Positions 40,752 through 54,053 of a stretch of DNA of 64,000 nucleotides are shown one piece after another. Origin of the DNA: Octopus bimaculoides (taxonomy: Eukaryota); assembly GCF_001194135.2 (NCBI RefSeq), contig NC_069001.1:34023120-34087119 (forward strand). Direction: 5' to 3'. The position numbers and the translations under genes were made by a program. The notes beneath the pieces were generated by a model. The model made no database searches. It saw only the letters and a program-made list of their open reading frames with translations, and was not told the origin of the DNA. The first letter of the stretch is position 1. The number at the start of each line of letters is the position of its first letter.

Positions 40752-41520
40752 CGTCATCATTTAACATTGACTTTCCATGTTGTCATGGGCTGGACTAAAA
40801 TTTTCCTTCCATTACCATCGTTGCTTTAACATCCACTTTTCCATGCTTGCAGGAGTCAGACTGAATTTGTTGAGGTGGATTTTCTACTGTTGGATGTCCT
40901 TCTTGTCACCACTGTTTTCATCATCATCATCATCCTCATTTAACATTGGTCTTCCATGCTGAGTTGGATGGTTGGACAGGACTGGCAGGCTAGAGAACTG
41001 TCCCAGGCTCCACAGTCTGCTTTGACATGGTTTTTTTTACAGCTGAATACCTTTCCTAATGCCAACCACTTTACAGAGTAGACTGGGTGCTTTTTATGTG
41101 GCACCAACACAGGTGAGGTTTGTTTTGTGATGGTTTTTATGGGTGGCTGCCCCTTCCTAATGCCCCCTTTACAGAGTAGCCTGTGTGCTTTTCACTTTGC
41201 ACCGGCATCAGTGAGGTTATTTGCTATGGTTTTTCAGCTACATGCTCTTTCAAATGCCAACCTTTTAACAGAGTGGACCAGGATGCTTTTCATGTGGCAC
41301 CAGCACTGGTGAAGGTCACCAAGTAACTTGCAAAATAAAGACCCTTTGAGAGGGGAGTTGATATTGGAGAAGGTGGCTTTGTGTCAGGTAATGAGAGGTT
41401 AGAGTATGATTTTCCCCTGACCGGACATGTTTTCACAGAATACTGGAAACAAAGGACAATATTTGCATGGCAGTGACATTTATTTACAGTTTTCATCTGG
41501 TACCAAGTGTTTGATGCCAC
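40752..41520 (-). mobile_element. Nested cluster of family D elements with a (GAT)n tail
   Basis: Repeated CATCATCAT-TTAAC(A/G)T...TTCCATGCT...GG(G/A)TTGGA tails. The same family occurs at about 600-738, 4972-5230, 12605-12700, 14369-14800, 24376-24482, 39905-40045 and 53000-53225. Confidence 0.75.
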
Positions 41521-41932
41521 CAAAATGTATAAGGAATCCATTCGCAAGGCTTTGGTTGGCCTGTAACCATAGTAGAAGACACTTGACCAAAGTGCCATGC
41601 AATGGGACTGAACCCAGAACCATGTGGCTGTGAAGCAAACCTCTTACCACACAACAGCATATATTAAATCAAAACCATATCCCTTATACACATCAGTGTT
41701 CCAACCAAGTATTTCCTTACATCACAGCTACTTTCTCATTATCTCTAGTGTCCTTCTCTGATAATTCTCATTATCGGTTTTTTTAGAAGCAATTCTTTAT
41801 CCTATCAGTTAATCTCGCTTGTGGAACATAAGCTGAGATTAGAGAGTCTGTGTCATTGCTCATCAATATTTTTTCCGTATTACGTTCTTATGATTCATTC
41901 TGTCTACATTGATCACTGTTGCATGTTTTATT

Positions 41933-42011
<79 letters not shown>

Positions 42012-42725
42012 GTATGTATCTTTTATATGTTTTGGTCATTAGGCTGTGGCAATGCTGGAGCACTGCTTTGAAGAATTTTTAGTCAAATGAATTGACTCCA
42101 GTACTTACTTTATTTTTAAACCTAGTACTTATTGTATTGGTCTCTTTTGCTGAACTGCTAAGTTACAGGTACATAAACACACCTACACCGGTTGTCAAGC
42201 AAGGGTGGTGGGACAAGCACATGCAAAGACATGCATACATATAGACACACACACACACACACACACATATATGTATACATACATAATATACATATACATA
42301 TATATGTGTGTATGTATGTATGTATGTATAAATATATAAAGGCATATTTTTATTTATACGCCCTTTTAAAGCCTAGCCAGGTTCATGGGCCCGGTTTCCC
42401 AGTTTCTATGGCGTATGTGTTCCCCTCCAGCTGGACGGGACACCAGTCCATCGCTGCATTACTCAAGAAACAGGAAGAAAGAGTGAGAGAAAGTTGGGTC
42501 GAAAGAGTACAACAGGGGTCGCCACTACCCCCTGCCATAAAGGCATATATGTACATAGATATATGTATATGTATTTAAATATGTATATGTAAATATATAT
42601 ATATACTTATATATATACGACAGGCTTCTTCCCGTTTCCATCTACCAAGTCCACTCAAAAAGCTTTGGTTGGTCTGTGAAGCCATTCAACTCATGCCAGC
42701 AGGGAAAAACGAATGGTGAATGATT

Positions 42726-42923
42726 CTTTTATTCTTATATTTGTTTCAGTCATTTGACTGTGGCCATGCAGGAGCACCGCCTTTAGTTAAACAAATCGAC
42801 CCTAGGAGTTATTCTTTGTAAGCCTAGTACTTATTCTATCGGTCTCTTTTGCCAAATCACTAAGTTACGGGGATGTAAACACACCAACACCACTTGTCAA
42901 GTGATGGTGTGGGGACAAGCACA

Positions 42924-42998
<75 letters not shown>

Positions 42999-43158
42999 CG
43001 GGCTTCTTTCAGTTTCTGTTTGCCAAATCCACTCACAAGGCTTTGGTCGGCCTGATGCTATAGTAGAAGACACTTGCCCAAGGTGCCATGCAGTGGGACT
43101 GAACCCAGAACCATGTGGTTGGTAAGCAAGCTACTTACCACACAGCCACTCCTGCACC
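42726..43158 (-). mobile_element. Full-length family A plus tail C SINE
   Basis: Reverse complement of the 29366 architecture, with a central (CA)n. Confidence 0.85.
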
Positions 43159-44174
43159 TATATGATGATGAAAATGCTGATATATTCATTTATACAACTG
43201 CTGTCTGCGTTGTGTTACTGTTCGATAAATTATATAAAGTATTGGAAAGTGTGTCAGAAAAATGTACTCTTAATTTCTTAGGCTAATTATAAAAATGTGT
43301 TAACTTTAACATGTGTATGTTTAGGTTAGTTTATGCACACTTCTACTTGAAAGGTAAAATGTGGTCAAATGAAATACGTAGCAAAAGAACAAAGCAATTA
43401 TAGAAATTACCTAAAATTAAGACCAACAGTTTCCTTAGAAATATTCTCTCGGCAGAACTGTAACTAGTCAATCACCATTGCCACTTAGAGAAATTCAATG
43501 AGCTGATATGTCAGAAGGTATCTACAGGAACATCTATTGATGATTACAGTTGTCTCTGTGAACGGGAACTTAGTCTGCAAGATACAGAATTGATTACAAT
43601 AAATTCTATGTAAAGGAAATACACTGTAAGAGACATATTGATCACAGTATTGAATTCCATGCTGTTAAATCTTTTAATGCTCACAGTTCGGTAAACTTTA
43701 GGTAAACTCAACAAACTTATTGGTTTTATTACTGCTAGGTCACACTTCTTTTGTAATTGTTATTTTAGTAATTATCGACTTGCCGAACTTCAGTGTTAGT
43801 GTCAGTCTTGGATTTATGCCCAGGTCTTACGAAAAGGAGAATCAGATGGTTTAGTTCCAGCATTAATAGATGCCAGCATGGCCAAACCTGTAAGGTGTTT
43901 ATAAAGTCGTCTTTATGTCTGGTTATTTTTTAATTGTTTGTTTCCATACTAATATCAGTTAGGCGGCACTGTTTCCGGCTTTTTCACATGAGTTGCTGCC
44001 AACATAATGTGAGGAAATTGTGTCTCGTCCACACAACTGGATGGAATGGTGTTTTGGTTGTCTCTTAGAAGTTTTCACACATTTAGCACATATCTTTTAC
44101 TGAGATGAAGCTGAATAATAATAATAATAATAATAACAATAATAATAATAATGATTATGATGATGATGATGATG

Positions 44175-44390
44175 ACAATTTCAAATTTTGGCACAAGGCC
44201 AGGAATTTTAAAGAAGGGGATAAGTCAATTATATTGACCCCAGTACTCAACTGGTACTTATTTTATTGACCCCGAAAGGATGAATGGTAAAGTTGACCTT
44301 GACGGAATTTGAACTCAGAACGTAAAGACATAAAATGTTGCTAGGCATTTTGCCTAGCTTGGTAACGTTTCTGCCAGCTTGCCACCATTT
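44175..44390 (-). mobile_element. Family B SINE inserted in an (AAT)n/(GAT)n tract
   Basis: Same diagnostic body as 24510. Confidence 0.8.
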
Positions 44391-44449
44391 TTAAAATTGT
44401 AATTGAACAAATTGACAATAATCATAATAATAATGAAAACAATAATAAT

Positions 44450-45135
44450 AACAATAAATGCCCAGATGCAGTACCAGGCAGTGGCTGTCATGGCTTCTGA
44501 TCCCGACTGATTGGAATTCTTTAGCAAAAAAGATGGGCTACAGCAAATATTCTGCTCAGTACCACAGATTTGCTTGTCAGTTGTTTGACCTTAACCAGTT
44601 GAGCATGTCCCTTGGTGGCTGATGGTATGTGTATCTCTGACCACGAGCAGAAGTAGTGTGGGAGCATCATAGCCCAAAGAGGAATTCTTTGGGGTTTGAA
44701 TAATTCACCTCTGGAAGCATGAACATTCTGTTCATCATTCTTAAACAACCCTTATTCAGAGACCTTTTGAGTGGGACAGGCTACTCGGCTCAAAGAAAAT
44801 TCTAACTAAGCCCCCACCTGCAAAGTCATGCACTGTTTATCTTGATATGAGGTCACCATGTCGTGCACATATGGTTGTGATGCATGTGCCTAGTGTACCC
44901 TTATCAGACAGGTAGTCAAGATGGGTATATTGGACTTCATATATTTATATCCCAGTGTCACTTTGATGGTATGCCTGCTTTCTCACTTAATAATAATAAT
45001 AATAATAATAATAAGTTGTGATACATGTGCCTGGTGTACCCTTATCAGACAGGTAGTCATGATGGGTATATTGGGCTTCATATATTTGTATCCCAGTGTC
45101 ACCTTGATGGCATGCCTGCTTTCTCACTCAATAAT
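44450..45135 (+). mobile_element. Non-LTR element 3' fragment with an (AAT)n tail and a tandem duplication of its last ~125 bp
   Basis: Ends ...CTTTCTCACT(T/C)AATAATAAT. Bases 44874-45013 and 45015-45135 are direct duplicates. (AAT)n also flanks the 5' side. Confidence 0.6.
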
Positions 45136-45834
45136 GATTGTAATATTTTTAAGTCATAAAATAACAGCTTTCAGTCAGTTAAAATACATTTTCACCTGCT
45201 TTCTCTTTTATCTTGAAATTTAAGATGCTTTACTCAATAAAAATTGATTACAAATAAATGAAGAAGGAGATTGGGTATTGAAGGATTTTAGAGTTGATAG
45301 GATACATAATGAAAATGTGTTTCATTGATTACTTGTAGCTTAGTGAATCCATAATTAAGTAGGAAATGTCTTGAGGTCTGCTGATATTGCAGTGATCTAA
45401 GTTATCGGTGAGTTTTACGCTAACATAATCTGATTTGAGCAGGTGTGACTGTGTGGTTAAGAAGTTTGGGGTTCCTGAACAAGTGGTTTCAGGTTCAGTC
45501 TCACTGTGCAGCACCTTGGGCAAAGGTCTTTTACAATAGCCTTGGGCCAACCAAAGCCTTGTGAGGGAATTTGGCAGACAGAAACTGAAAGAAGCATGTC
45601 ACACACACACACACGCACGCACGCAAGCACGCACGCATGCACGCACCAAGCAACATGTACACAGATTTATGTTTACACTCAAAAGAAAATAGCACTTAAT
45701 ACATGGTGTAACTTCATATTTATTTGGAACAGAGGCTTACTCCAGTGTTAGTCAGTCCTTTTGTACATGTGGAGTATATCAGCCATTGTACAAATGTGTG
45801 CATGCATGTGTGTATATATATGTCCGTGTGTGTG

Positions 45835-45866
<32 letters not shown>

Positions 45867-46746
45867 TATATGTATGTATATATGTGTGTGTGTATATTTA
45901 TATATATATATATATGTATAGATGAGTTCAACTAATATCTACATAGAAAAGTGGAGCTAAAATAACGGGGACATATCATTTGCTGCAATACCTTACAGGC
46001 TGCAGACTTGTTTCACTATTTACATTGCTCTTCAAATATATATGTCTCTGAAGAACTATGTAAATAATAAAACAAGTCTGTAGTTCATAAGATCTTGTAC
46101 TGAATAAAATAAATATCTTCTACATTCTGATGTGTTGAGTCCGTTCTTGAATCCTAACCATCCGATTAAGGATTTCTAATAAACACCCAGCTACACAGGC
46201 AATATGTACACATGTTTAAGCTGAGATAGGGTTCTGTATGCATTTACATTATATATGGATTTGACCCCTTTCCCCTTTTTAAAGTGTCTGACTTTCCCTC
46301 ATTACTCATGACAATATTTGTGAGGAGAAGAATGTAATTCTATTTCTGCTCTTTAGTCAACATCTTTTTTTTGTATTGATTTCATGTTCTTTGTCTTGAC
46401 TTTTATTTATTGATCTTAAAGCCACCCACCACCTGCATCATTCTTTCTTTGGTTATGGGTGGTTGTGAAGGTGGTAGTAATGATGCAAAATAAAGCTTGT
46501 CTGAATTTCACTTAAAAGTTTGAATCCTGCCGATGGGCCGACAATATTTATGTCGAGAAGCAAGACGAATGGTATCAGCAATAATCCGCAGCATAAATAC
46601 TAAATGCCGCTTTAATTACAAAACTAAGAATTTCAGTCCTAAATTGCTACATTGCCATGCGGTATTTTTTTTGTTTGACTTACAAGGGATTTACACACTG
46701 CTAATGCAATGAGAAAATAATTCCAAAGTTGTATGTGTCTAAATGT

Positions 46747-46805
<59 letters not shown>

Positions 46806-47114
46806 GTTTACATGAAAGTGTGCATAGGTAAGTAGTTTGTCCACATATACATGTTTGTGTTGTTTTTGATGTATTGCTTGAAATTTATTGCAGTAATTAC
46901 TTTTACTGCAGTAGAAAAACATATCTTACCATAGGAGTGTGTATGTGTGTATCCTGTTAGTTTGAACTTTAAGATTGTTTGAAAATTAAGAGGAGAAAAT
47001 ATAAAAAAAAGCTATGCTACTACATATATAAACTGAAAGCGAAATAGAAATATTGATATCTTTTGATTGAATCAAGAAGTTAACTTTTTTAGTGTTGTTG
47101 TTGTTGTTTGTTCC

Positions 47115-47416
47115 TTCTTGAGCCATGCCTGGCTCATAAAGGCCGGTTTCCTGGTTTCATTGGTGTATAGGTTCCCCACATGAACAGGACGCTGGTCTGT
47201 CACAAGTGAGTCACAGGTGAGCTGCTAGATGCAGGAGGAAAGAGAGAGAAAGTTGTGGCAAAAGAGTCAGCAGAGGTTCGCCATTACCTTCTGCCAGAGC
47301 TGCGTGGAACTTAAGTATTATACTCATAAACACACATAATGTCCAGTCTGAGATTCGAACCCACGATCCCTCGACTGCGAGTCCGCTGCTCTAATCATTA
47401 GGCCATGTGCCTCCAC
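47115..47416 (-). mobile_element. tRNA-derived SINE, family F
   Basis: Minus-strand head GTGGAGGCACATGGCCTAATGATTAGAGCAGCGGACTCGCAGTCGAGGGATCGTGGGTTCGAATCTC has clear A and B boxes. A related truncated copy lies at about 42365-42540. Confidence 0.75.
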
Positions 47417-48123
47417 AACTTTTTTAGTAGTAGAGTATAATTGTTTCATTAAACTTAATTATGACACTAGTGAAGGTAGTTAGCTGGCAGAATCATTAGT
47501 GCAATAGACTAAATGCTTTATATTCGGTGTACAAAGTTTGCTGAAGTTGACTTTGCCTTTCATTCTTTCAGGGTTAGTAAAATTAAAATAAGTACCAGTT
47601 GAGCATTGGGAGTCAATGTAATTGACTTCTCCCTCCCCTAAAATTGCTGGCCTTGTGCCAAAATCTGAAACCATCATTATAACACTGGTCCACATATTTC
47701 ATCAAATTTTGGTTGATGAAATGCAGAGCTAAGCTTTGCAAGACTGGCATGCAAAATGCGAAGGTACCAAACTTAATATGGCAAAACATGAAGTTTGATA
47801 CAAGTATTTCTAAGACAATATTCACTCTTCATTCATTCAGCCATCAAACACACTCTGCTGAGAGTAATGAGGATTTTGTATTAATCTTAATCATCGTTTC
47901 AATGTACTTTTAAATGCTTGCCTAGATCAGATGGAATTTATTGGTGGAAGATCTGTGAAGACCAGATACTCCTCCTGTCATGAACTGTTATCTGTTTCCA
48001 AACAATAGAATATTCCCTCAAGGCGAGAAAGGTTTTTAATGGAAGACTGAAAATGATGGAACACCGCTTACAACTATCAGGCAAAGTCAAAAGTAGGAGA
48101 CACAAACACATTCATATGCCTAT

Positions 48124-48160
<37 letters not shown>

Positions 48161-49952
48161 CACATAATGGGCTTCTTTCAGTTTCCACTTCCAAATTCAC
48201 CCAGAAAGCTTTGACTGGCCTCAGGATACTGTGGAAGACACTTGCTCAAGGTGCCATGCAGTGGGACTGAACTTCAAACGATGTGGTGAGGAAGTGAACT
48301 TCTTCATTAAACAGCCCTGTCTGAACTGAATCTGTACAAATAAGACATGGAAAATGAATTGTCATCTTTATTCATAACAATAGACAAGACGATGGAAAAT
48401 GATTTGTTTTTATCAGAGAAAGTTTTTATTGTTTCTTTAGAATAAAGCTAGCTACATTTTACTTCTAGCTTGATTTAAGAGCATTAGTCTGATTGACAGA
48501 TGTCCACTATCTTTTTAAGATGTAGCAAGCATTTATGTAAAAGAAAAGACATGTTAAATATCTAAAGTTGGAATGTCTTTCAAGTTGTGTTGCTCAGCAT
48601 TGTAAGGTTTTGAGGTTGGCATGCAAATCTTTCCTCAGCCTCTTTCAGTCACATTATACAACATGAATAAGAAACATTGGGTCTATTCTTTGACATGCCA
48701 GTCCCCACATAGCACCAGGGGAGGTGTGTGTGTGACATGGTGGTTAGGGTGTTGGCCTCATGATTGTATGATTGTGGTTGCGATTCCAGTGTCCTGTCCA
48801 GGTGGGGAATATATACACCATGAAACTGGAAAAGCATCGCTTATGAGTCAGTATGACTTGAGAAGGTAACTTATTTTTTTACCACTCAGCACTAGAGTAA
48901 TTTGAAATGAAGTGTTTTGCTCATAAACACAACATGCCACCTGGTCTGGGTATCAAACCCCATGATTGGGCAACTGTGAGTGTACACCCGAACCACAAGG
49001 CCATGTGCCTTCCCAAACTACCAAGTGATGGGGATAAATCAGGTGATGAATATGGTCTTCTACTCAAGTGGAGCATGGTGAGATTTGAACTCAGAATGCA
49101 AGGCATCCAGTGAAATGTTCCGATACTTCCACCAGTTCACTACTCTGCATTGGCACTTTTTACCAATCCTCACTGCTAATAGGATGAAAGGCAAGGTTGA
49201 CCTCGATGAGATTTGAACTCAGATAACAGAGAATCAGAAAAAAAAAAAAAAAGAAACTACCACGAAACATTTTATTTGATGCTCCATTGTCTCTGTCAAT
49301 TCACTGCCTGAATATTAATGATTTAGAATAATGTTGTTTGGAGTGTTGTGAAGTGTAGCTGCTATTATCTAAGTATTTTTATATGGCTGGATGTCTAACT
49401 GTTTGGACTGTGACATTTGTAATAAACTGCAGCCATGAGTTATGTTCCTCAAGGTCTAATTGATCTTTCACTCTGAATATTTTCTGTTCACTTTACTGTA
49501 AGTGTTTGATGCAGAGATGCAATGTTTTGGATAATTTGTAATTTATGTATTGTTGGGAGTGGGAGTCTGTAGGCCTTGCGAGACTTGGCATCGTCCTGCA
49601 TCGATCTGATATATTTTAGTCCAGTGTCATAGTTTATGTTGTTCAAGTAAATAATTTACATTTTGTTTAATAATCTTTTCTTGTTTATTGATTTATCATT
49701 TTCTCTCTGTGCTAAGTAAAAGTTATTTAAGTTTATGGCATATATCAGGGTTTTTTCCTCCTGATATTTATTGCTTTTTGTTGGTAAAAATTGTGGAATG
49801 ACTTAGAATAAAGTACTATCTTCTTGAGTCTATTATATCTATTTCAAATTTTGGTATGGGACTAGCAATTTCGGGTCCCTCTCTATACTAAGTTAGAGTT
49901 ATTTGTCATGTTTCAGGATTCTGAACTCCTGATATTTATTGTTCTATATCCT

Positions 49953-50840
49953 TTTCTACTCCAGGCACAAGGCCTGAAATTTTGTGGGTAGGGGCCAGTC
50001 GATTAGATCAAACCTAGTACGCAACTGGTACTTCATTTATCTACTCCGAAAGGATGAAAGGCAAAGTTGACTTCAGAAGAATTTGAACTCAAAATGTAGC
50101 GTCGGTCGAAATACTGCTAAGCAATAATTCTTCCTACTATAGACACAAGGCCTGAGGTTTTGCAAGAGAGGGAGCTAGTTTATTATATTGTACTGAACTG
50201 GTACTTACAATATCAATCCCAAAAGGATGAAAGGTGAAGTCAATTTTGGTGACATGTGAATGCAGAACATGAAGCCAGAAGAGCATTTTGTCCAGTCAGT
50301 AAATAATAATGGTTTCAAATTTTGGTACAAGACCAACAATTTTACAGGAGGAATAAATTGATTACATCGACCCCAGTGCATTACTGGTACTTATTTCATC
50401 AAACCCCAAAACATGAAAGGCAAAGTCACCCTCAACTGAATTTGAATTTTATCCAGTGTACTAATGGTTCTGCCAGCTTTTTGCATGAAGGCAGTAAATA
50501 ACCCTTTCTACTTAAGTCATAAGGCCTGAAATTTTGTGGGGAGGGGGCTAGTTGATTACATTGACCCCCAATACTAGACTGGTACTTATTCTATCGACCC
50601 TGAAAAGATGAAAGTCAAAGTTGACCATGGCGGAATTAGAACTCAGAAAGTATGGACAGTAGTAAATGATAATATTTTTTCTAATTTAGACTGAGGCCAA
50701 AATATTTGAATAATGAAGGTTAGGTGATTGCATTGACCCCTGTACTTGACGAGTACTTTAATTTTGTGGCCACGGAAAGAATGAAAGACTAAGCTGTCCT
50801 TGTGGGGTTTGAACTTAATAAAAGTTACAAGGAACAGATG
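49953..50840 (-). mobile_element. Train of five head-to-tail family B SINEs
   Basis: The block GGCACAAGGCC...GATTACAT.GACCCC...CTGGTACTTA...GAAAGGATGAAAGGCAAAGT.GAC...GAA(C/T)TC recurs five times. Three junctions carry a CAGTAAATAA-like linker. Confidence 0.8.
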
Positions 50841-52934
50841 AATGACGTTTGCTTGATGTGTGTTCCACCTATGATAGAAATGTCATGCCTGAATCTTCTT
50901 GTAGATATCCTTAATTCAAACCTCAGACAAATTTTAGGACACCTGTGGGAGTTTAGCATAACTCCCACAGTTTTGGAAAATATATAATGAACTGATCAAA
51001 CACCTGGAGGAAGAAGAAGAAGAAGAAGAATCAGAGAAAGAGATCAATAACTTGTAAATCAGGGTTTTAGATTATAATTTTAAAGATTTCCTCATATTTT
51101 TCTATCATTTAATGAATATTAATTACTTTCATATTCTACAGGTATCAGAATATTATTAGCAAAACTGTTTCCAAATTTTTAGAGCTTTTTCACAAAATAT
51201 AACAAAACAACATCCGTGCTTCAATTCATTCACTCTTGCTCCTGATTATAAAGCTTTAATTTCCATAATCACTATAAACATATACACGATGTATGCGTAG
51301 GGGGAAAAAAAAAAAAGCAAGCAAAATAAATAAACAAAAGAGAACAAAACAAATTTTCCCAGCTGAATTAACTTAATTAACATTAACACATTATAATGGA
51401 AAAGTTAATATTACTATTAATCAAGCATGTTTGTTTTTTTTTGTTTTGTTTTTGTATTTATTTATTTATTTGTATTTCGTTTTGTTTTCTCTTCTGTATG
51501 TAGTCATGCAAGTTCAGTTTTGTTTATTTCTATATTCATTACTTAATCAATATTTTGACGAGGGAATTTATATGGCAGCTACTATTCCAACAGCGATTAT
51601 TTTATTCATGAAATAGCCTTAAGTAGCTTATTGGCTTTGTTAGTTTTATATTTGTTGTCTTTTTCTTTTTATTCCCCCCCCCCCCCCACATCTTTCTCTG
51701 ATTTAAAGAGGAAGACAAATCATGTCTTAACACTCTGAATTCTACTACTCACTTGGTATCATTCCCTTTCCATTTTCTTTATCAGAACTTTCCAAAATTT
51801 CCTTTGTTGTTAGTTTGGTAATTGTTGCAGTTTACGTTAAAATCTTGTAAGTAAAATAAGTAACAACATTCATTCAATTAATTTTTTTTTTACCTTTTGT
51901 ATTTTTTGTGTTTTTCCATGCAAGAATGAGGTTTGATGAATATATTATCAAAGCAGTGTTTTATAGACAAATAACTTTCCAGTTGGTAGCCCTTACCTGT
52001 TTTTCAAGCTGGGGGTATCTTATTCCATACATCTTCAATAGTGCAAAAATAGACAACCAATTGACAAGAGCAATGCCTTTAATGTCACTACTCACAGCTG
52101 AGCCAGTTTGAAGAAGCACAAATATAGAACAAACACACATTCACAGACATTCATACATCATTATATATGATCTTCTTTCAGTTTCTGTCTACTAGATCTG
52201 CTCAAAAGGCATTAGCCATCCCAGAGCTATAGTAGTAGACACTTGCCCAAACTATAGCACAATGGGATTGAATCCAAAGCCTTATACTTAAGAAATGATC
52301 TCTTTAACTTCCCTATCATACTTATGGCTTAATTAGAAAAAGGGCAAAAAGCCATAGACATCATTCGCAAGCAAGTATGAATTGGTAAGCTGTACCACGC
52401 TTTTATTGTTTTAATTGTTTACGTTGTCATGAATAGACATGGGTACCCTGCTGGATTGACCCCTGTACTTGGAACATTGACGATGTGGCTGCTGGAAGGA
52501 GAGAAAGCTCCTCTAGTATGCAGCTGGTAGTCATTTTTAGGTGTGCAAACCAGAGAAACATGGAATGTATCACCCAGTCCAGGAATTGAACTCATGATTT
52601 TCGATCATGAGATGAACACCCTAACCACAAGGCTACATGCATTCACCTTGATAAAATAATGTCTTTCATGTCAAATTAGCCTTAATATATACAAGGAACC
52701 TGGCATCTAATCTATTTAATAATTTCTTCTATATTTCTTGAAATCCCATTACATCCACTTAAAAAATTAAATTAACAAGCAAATAAAACATGTAAATAAA
52801 AAAACTGAAATAAGACAAACAAAATTAAATAAAATTTTATTGGTTTTCTTTTACTTGTTTCAGTCATTTGACTGTTGCCATGCTGGAGCACTGCTTGGCA
52901 AGCTTTATTTAATCAAATCAACCCCAAGACTTAT

Positions 52935-52975
<41 letters not shown>

Positions 52976-53737
52976 TACTATCTTCTTCTTTTGACTTTGC
53001 ACAATAACCTTTAATGAATGTCACTGTCATGCAAGCTGTGTTCTTTATATCCCATCTTTTGTGAAAATACGGCTTGTCATAGGGGAACATTACTTCATAT
53101 GGAAACTGAAGGTGAAGCTTGGTGACAGGCAGGGCATCCAGCCATAGAAATTTATCGTACCAAACTCTTTTCCAACTCATGAGAGCATGAAAGAGTGGAT
53201 GTTAAAATCTTTGACAATGATGAAAATACGTTTTTCTCTCTCACTTACACACACTCACACCACACCAAATACGCTATTTTTTTATATTACATAGTTAGAA
53301 AGGAAGGCAGTGTCCTGATCCCTTTTCAGGGCTCCCATGACTGGCAGGAGGGAGATACCTTGAAACCAGAGACCTAGTTTACAACAACAGAGAATGCTTA
53401 TGACAAAGTGGACTCTGACCAAGGGTCAGATACGTTTCCTGTTGCCAACCGTCACCCATTTTCTAAGTAGGTTAATATTTCCCCATAGTCAGACATTTTT
53501 TGCAGAAGATTGCTTGTGTGACAGTGACACTTGTTTTACATCCCTCACATTATGTCATTACAAACCTACACACACAAGCACAGGTACATACGCACATAGA
53601 CAAACACACACACACATACAATGAGTTGATTGGCCAAAACTTTGAAGTCACTGTCAATAATATTCTTGTTTAAGAATAATAAATTTGTACTCTACAAAAG
53701 TATAGAGTAATCCATCAGATTAATGTAAAACTATTTC

Positions 53738-53902
53738 GTATGTGTATTTCGTGTGCAAGTGGAAAGACAAGTTACTGAAGAGATTGCAAGAATGCAATGA
53801 AATGATTTAACAAAAAAACTAAATACTGTTTATAAATTAATAAAGGACTGAACCAGTGGGTGTGTTTATTACTGGCATAATGCCTCTCCCAAGGTTTAAT
53901 TG
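53738..53902 (+). mobile_element. 165-bp direct-repeat-flanked insert carrying the second hammerhead-like motif
   Basis: Flanked by TAATGTAAAACTATTTC (53721-53737) and TAATGTAAAACTGTTTC (53903-53919), 16/17 identical. An AATAAA lies downstream of the motif at about 53838. Confidence 0.45.
53771..53811 (+). ncRNA. Second minimal type I hammerhead ribozyme-like motif
   Basis: Reads GTTA-CTGAAGA(53775-53781)-g-ATTGCA(agaa)TGCAAT-GAAA(53799-53802)-T-g-A-T-T-TAAC. Perfect 6-bp stem II, 4-bp stem I (GTTA/TAAC), 2-bp stem III, and an AUU cleavage triplet. Confidence 0.45.
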
Positions 53903-53969
53903 TAATGTAAAACTGTTTCTATTATAACTGAACATAACAACAACCATTAACATACACGTGCGTATGCAT

Positions 53970-54053
<84 letters not shown>

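Noticed and set aside
43470-43615. EGF-like words (DDYSCLC; also RCQHGQTC near 43870)
   Set aside because: Cysteine spacing is incomplete and there are nearby in-frame stops.
47343-47416. tRNA-like sequences
   Set aside because: They are SINE heads with A and B boxes but no complete cloverleaf, and they continue into repeat bodies. No true tRNA, rRNA or CRISPR array was found.
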